Part shown: one piece after another, positions 61,451 through 64,000 of the stretch
Position numbering within the stretch: the stretch's first letter is position 1
Layout: each line of letters begins with the position of its first letter
Source: Octopus sinensis
Lineage: Eukaryota
Direction of reading: 5' to 3'
Length of the DNA stretch: 64,000 nucleotides
NCBI RefSeq assembly: GCF_006345805.1
Contig: NC_043021.1
Location: forward strand, 3,224,001 to 3,288,000
Position numbers and translations under genes: made by a program
Notes under the pieces: generated by a model
What the model was told of the DNA's origin: nothing
The model's input: only the letters and a program-made list of their open reading frames with translations
The model's database searches: none

Positions 61451-62255
61451 GCTATACTCCAGTTGCTTGGTAGAGTGTTTTTTTGTTGTGGGTGAGAGAA
61501 GCTACGAGACGGATAAGGTTTTGCGTAGGCAGCCTGGGGGATAGGTGTACAAAAGTGGGAAGAAATTCTGCATTTGCAGCATGTAGGTTGACATTGTGAA
61601 AAGATTTTATTTGGTTTGGTGTGCAAATTTCTTTGTTGTTTACGGCTTAGTCAAGCGTGGAATGTAACCGAAAACTTTTGTAGCAAATCCAGGTCACGAT
61701 AACTCTTTGTATAAAATGTTTTTTGTTGTTTATGCTTCATTAAAAAAAGGTGTAGACCTAGTAGTTACCGTTGATACTATTGGATTTCATTTTTAAAGAG
61801 ATTTTCACTGCTTTCTTAAGACTGAAAGGCTGTTACTATAAATAGTTTTGGGGATTTCCAAATCTGTTTAAAGCACAGTTATTTCTATATTTATTACTAC
61901 AAATGCATAGATGTTTATGCAAGATAGGTATGACATTATTATTTACATCCGGATAAACGTAAAAGAACATCTTCAATCTACAAGCAGACATAGAAATATA
62001 TAAACAAAATTTAAATAGTACATTAATGCATATCCATATCAACCTATAACTATATATATATGCCTTCGTTCATATACATAGGTATATACTCACAGATATA
62101 CACATGTGCACTAATAGAAACGTATAAAACATATATATATATATACGCATACACACATATATAAACATATATGCATACATACATATATATATAGTAACAT
62201 GTAAACACATATATACATACATATAAAAACACTTAAACACACTAATCTAATACAG

Positions 62256-62326
<71 letters not shown>

Positions 62327-62328
<2 letters not shown>

Positions 62329-62523
62329 TTTTACTTGCTTCAGTCATTAGACTGTGGCCATGCTGGAGCACTGCCTTCAGTTGAACTAATCGACCCCATG
62401 ACTTATTCTTTGTAAGCCCAGTACTTATTCTATTGGTCTCTTTTGCTGAACCGCTAGGTTACGGGAACATAAGCACACCACCATCGGTTGTCAAGCAATG
62501 TTGGAGGGACAAACACTCACACA

Positions 62524-62592
<69 letters not shown>

Positions 62593-62726
62593 TAGGCTTC
62601 TTTCAGTTTATGTCTACCAAATCCACTCAAAAGGCTTTGGCTGCCCGAGGCTATAATAGAAGACACTCGCCCAAGGTGCCACGCAGTGGGACTGAACTTG
62701 GAATCATGTGGTTAGTATGCAAGCTA
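62327..62726 (-). mobile_element. tRNA-derived SINE, family A
   Basis: Colinear with the other copies and preceded by a long (TA)n at ~62261-62325. Further partial copies lie at 54203-54590 and 60772-61300. Confidence 0.88.
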
Positions 62727-63339
62727 CTTTATTTCATAAATATTTGCCATGAGGGCATTACAAAGAGGGGACGAACAAGAACAAACAAACATAAAAGGGT
62801 GAAGTAGCTGTAGCAATTAAATATTTACAATTTAAAAATATAATAATTTAATAAATATATTTACAACTCTTGAACGTTGCTCATTACAAATGAAATTTGT
62901 AATGGCTTCTCTGAAGGATAGGCATCTGACCAACAGGGTACACAGCCATACATATCTAATGTAATGAATGTGAAAACTAATTTCTCTGTTTCAGTGTGTC
63001 ACACTTTAGACCCCTTCTCTCACTATTGAGAGACACTCCTACAATTCCTCATGATGGGGTGAGAGTAACAGAAGGCATAGATTGTGAGGCGGGTAGCAAA
63101 GACAGACAGACAGAGAGAGAGAAAAAAAGAGAGGGAGAGAAAGAGACAAATAAATTTAGAGAGAGTGTGAACTGGATGCTTTTCACATGACACCAGCACT
63201 GGCAGAGTCACCAAATAACTTGCAAGACAAGGAATTTTGAGAGGGGAGAAAGCATGGGAGGAGGTGATCTTTGTTTCAGATGATGAAAGGTTAGAGTGTG
63301 ACAGACAGGCAGAAACACTTGTCTTGCTATAGAGGAGGT

Positions 63340-64000
63340 ACATGGTTACCCGGCCACAGAGAGAGAGAGAGAGAATGAGAGAAGTAACCAGAATGAGGAC
63401 AGAGACAGGTGTGCTGATGCAAAGGAGATACTTGGTTACCTAGCCAGAGGAAAGAGCAAGAGAAGGAGAGAGATAATGATCAAGAATGAGGGCATATATG
63501 GTTACCCAGCTAGAGAGAAAGAGAAAGAAGGAAAGAGGAAGAGAGAGAACGAAAGAGAGAAAGGGAGACAAAGAAAGAGGAAGAGAAAGAACGAAAGAGG
63601 GAGAGGAAAGAGGAAGAGAGAATGAAAGAGAAGAGAGAGAAGGAAAGAGGAAGAGAGAGAAGGAAACAGAGGGGGAGAGAGAGAGAGAGATGGACACAAC
63701 CAGAATGAGGACAGAGACAGGTGTGCTGATGCAATGGAGATACTTGGTTACCTAGCCAGAGGAAATAGGAGGGGAGAGAAGGAAAGAGGGAGGGGAGAGA
63801 AGAAAAGAGGGAGGGGAGAGAAGGAAAGAGAGAGGGGAGAGAAGGAAAGAGAGAGGGGAGAGAAGGAAAGAGAGAAGGGAGAGAGATGGACATAACCAGA
63901 ATGAGGGTAGAAACAGGTGGGCTGATGTAAAGGAGATACTTGGTTACCCGGCCAGAGGAAGGAGCAAGAGAAGGAAAGAGATAATGATGAAGAATGAGGG
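63340..64000 (+). repeat. Complex purine-rich tandem repeat running off the window edge
   Basis: A ~70-bp unit AACCAGAATGAGG...GGAGATACTTGGTTACC(T/C)(A/G)GCCAGAGGAA at ~63385, ~63697 and ~63894, separated by GA-rich arrays including ~5 units of 22 bp. Confidence 0.85.

Overview
AT-rich, repeat-dense eukaryotic DNA. The SINE families, (TA)n/(CA)n/(CAT)n microsatellites and TE mix look like an Octopus genome; this is my recognition and was not database-checked. One clear host gene is present: a minus-strand 2026-aa multi-C2H2 zinc-finger protein encoded in one ~6.1-kb ORF (35557-41637), with probable UTR exons on both sides. The rest is a TE landscape: a 2.2-kb Gypsy-type LTR element with apparently identical LTRs that keeps only integrase, a degenerate Gypsy gag-pro fragment, a Penelope-like RT/GIY-YIG element, Tx1, CR1, RTE and RLE-type LINE fragments, mariner and Tigger remnants, piggyBac/hAT/Tc1 MITEs, a Helitron-like element and many tRNA-derived SINEs. 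The most notable signal missed by the ORF track is a set of minimal type-I hammerhead ribozyme motifs with palindromic stem III (13.7, 18.5 and 47.5 kb, plus decayed copies at 19.8, 27.3 and 61.4 kb) sitting in or beside long inverted repeats. Several near-perfect palindromes have centres that look like fused hammerhead stem-III/cleavage sites. Non-ORF coordinates were read by eye and may be off by a few bases. Some frameshifts could be assembly indel errors.
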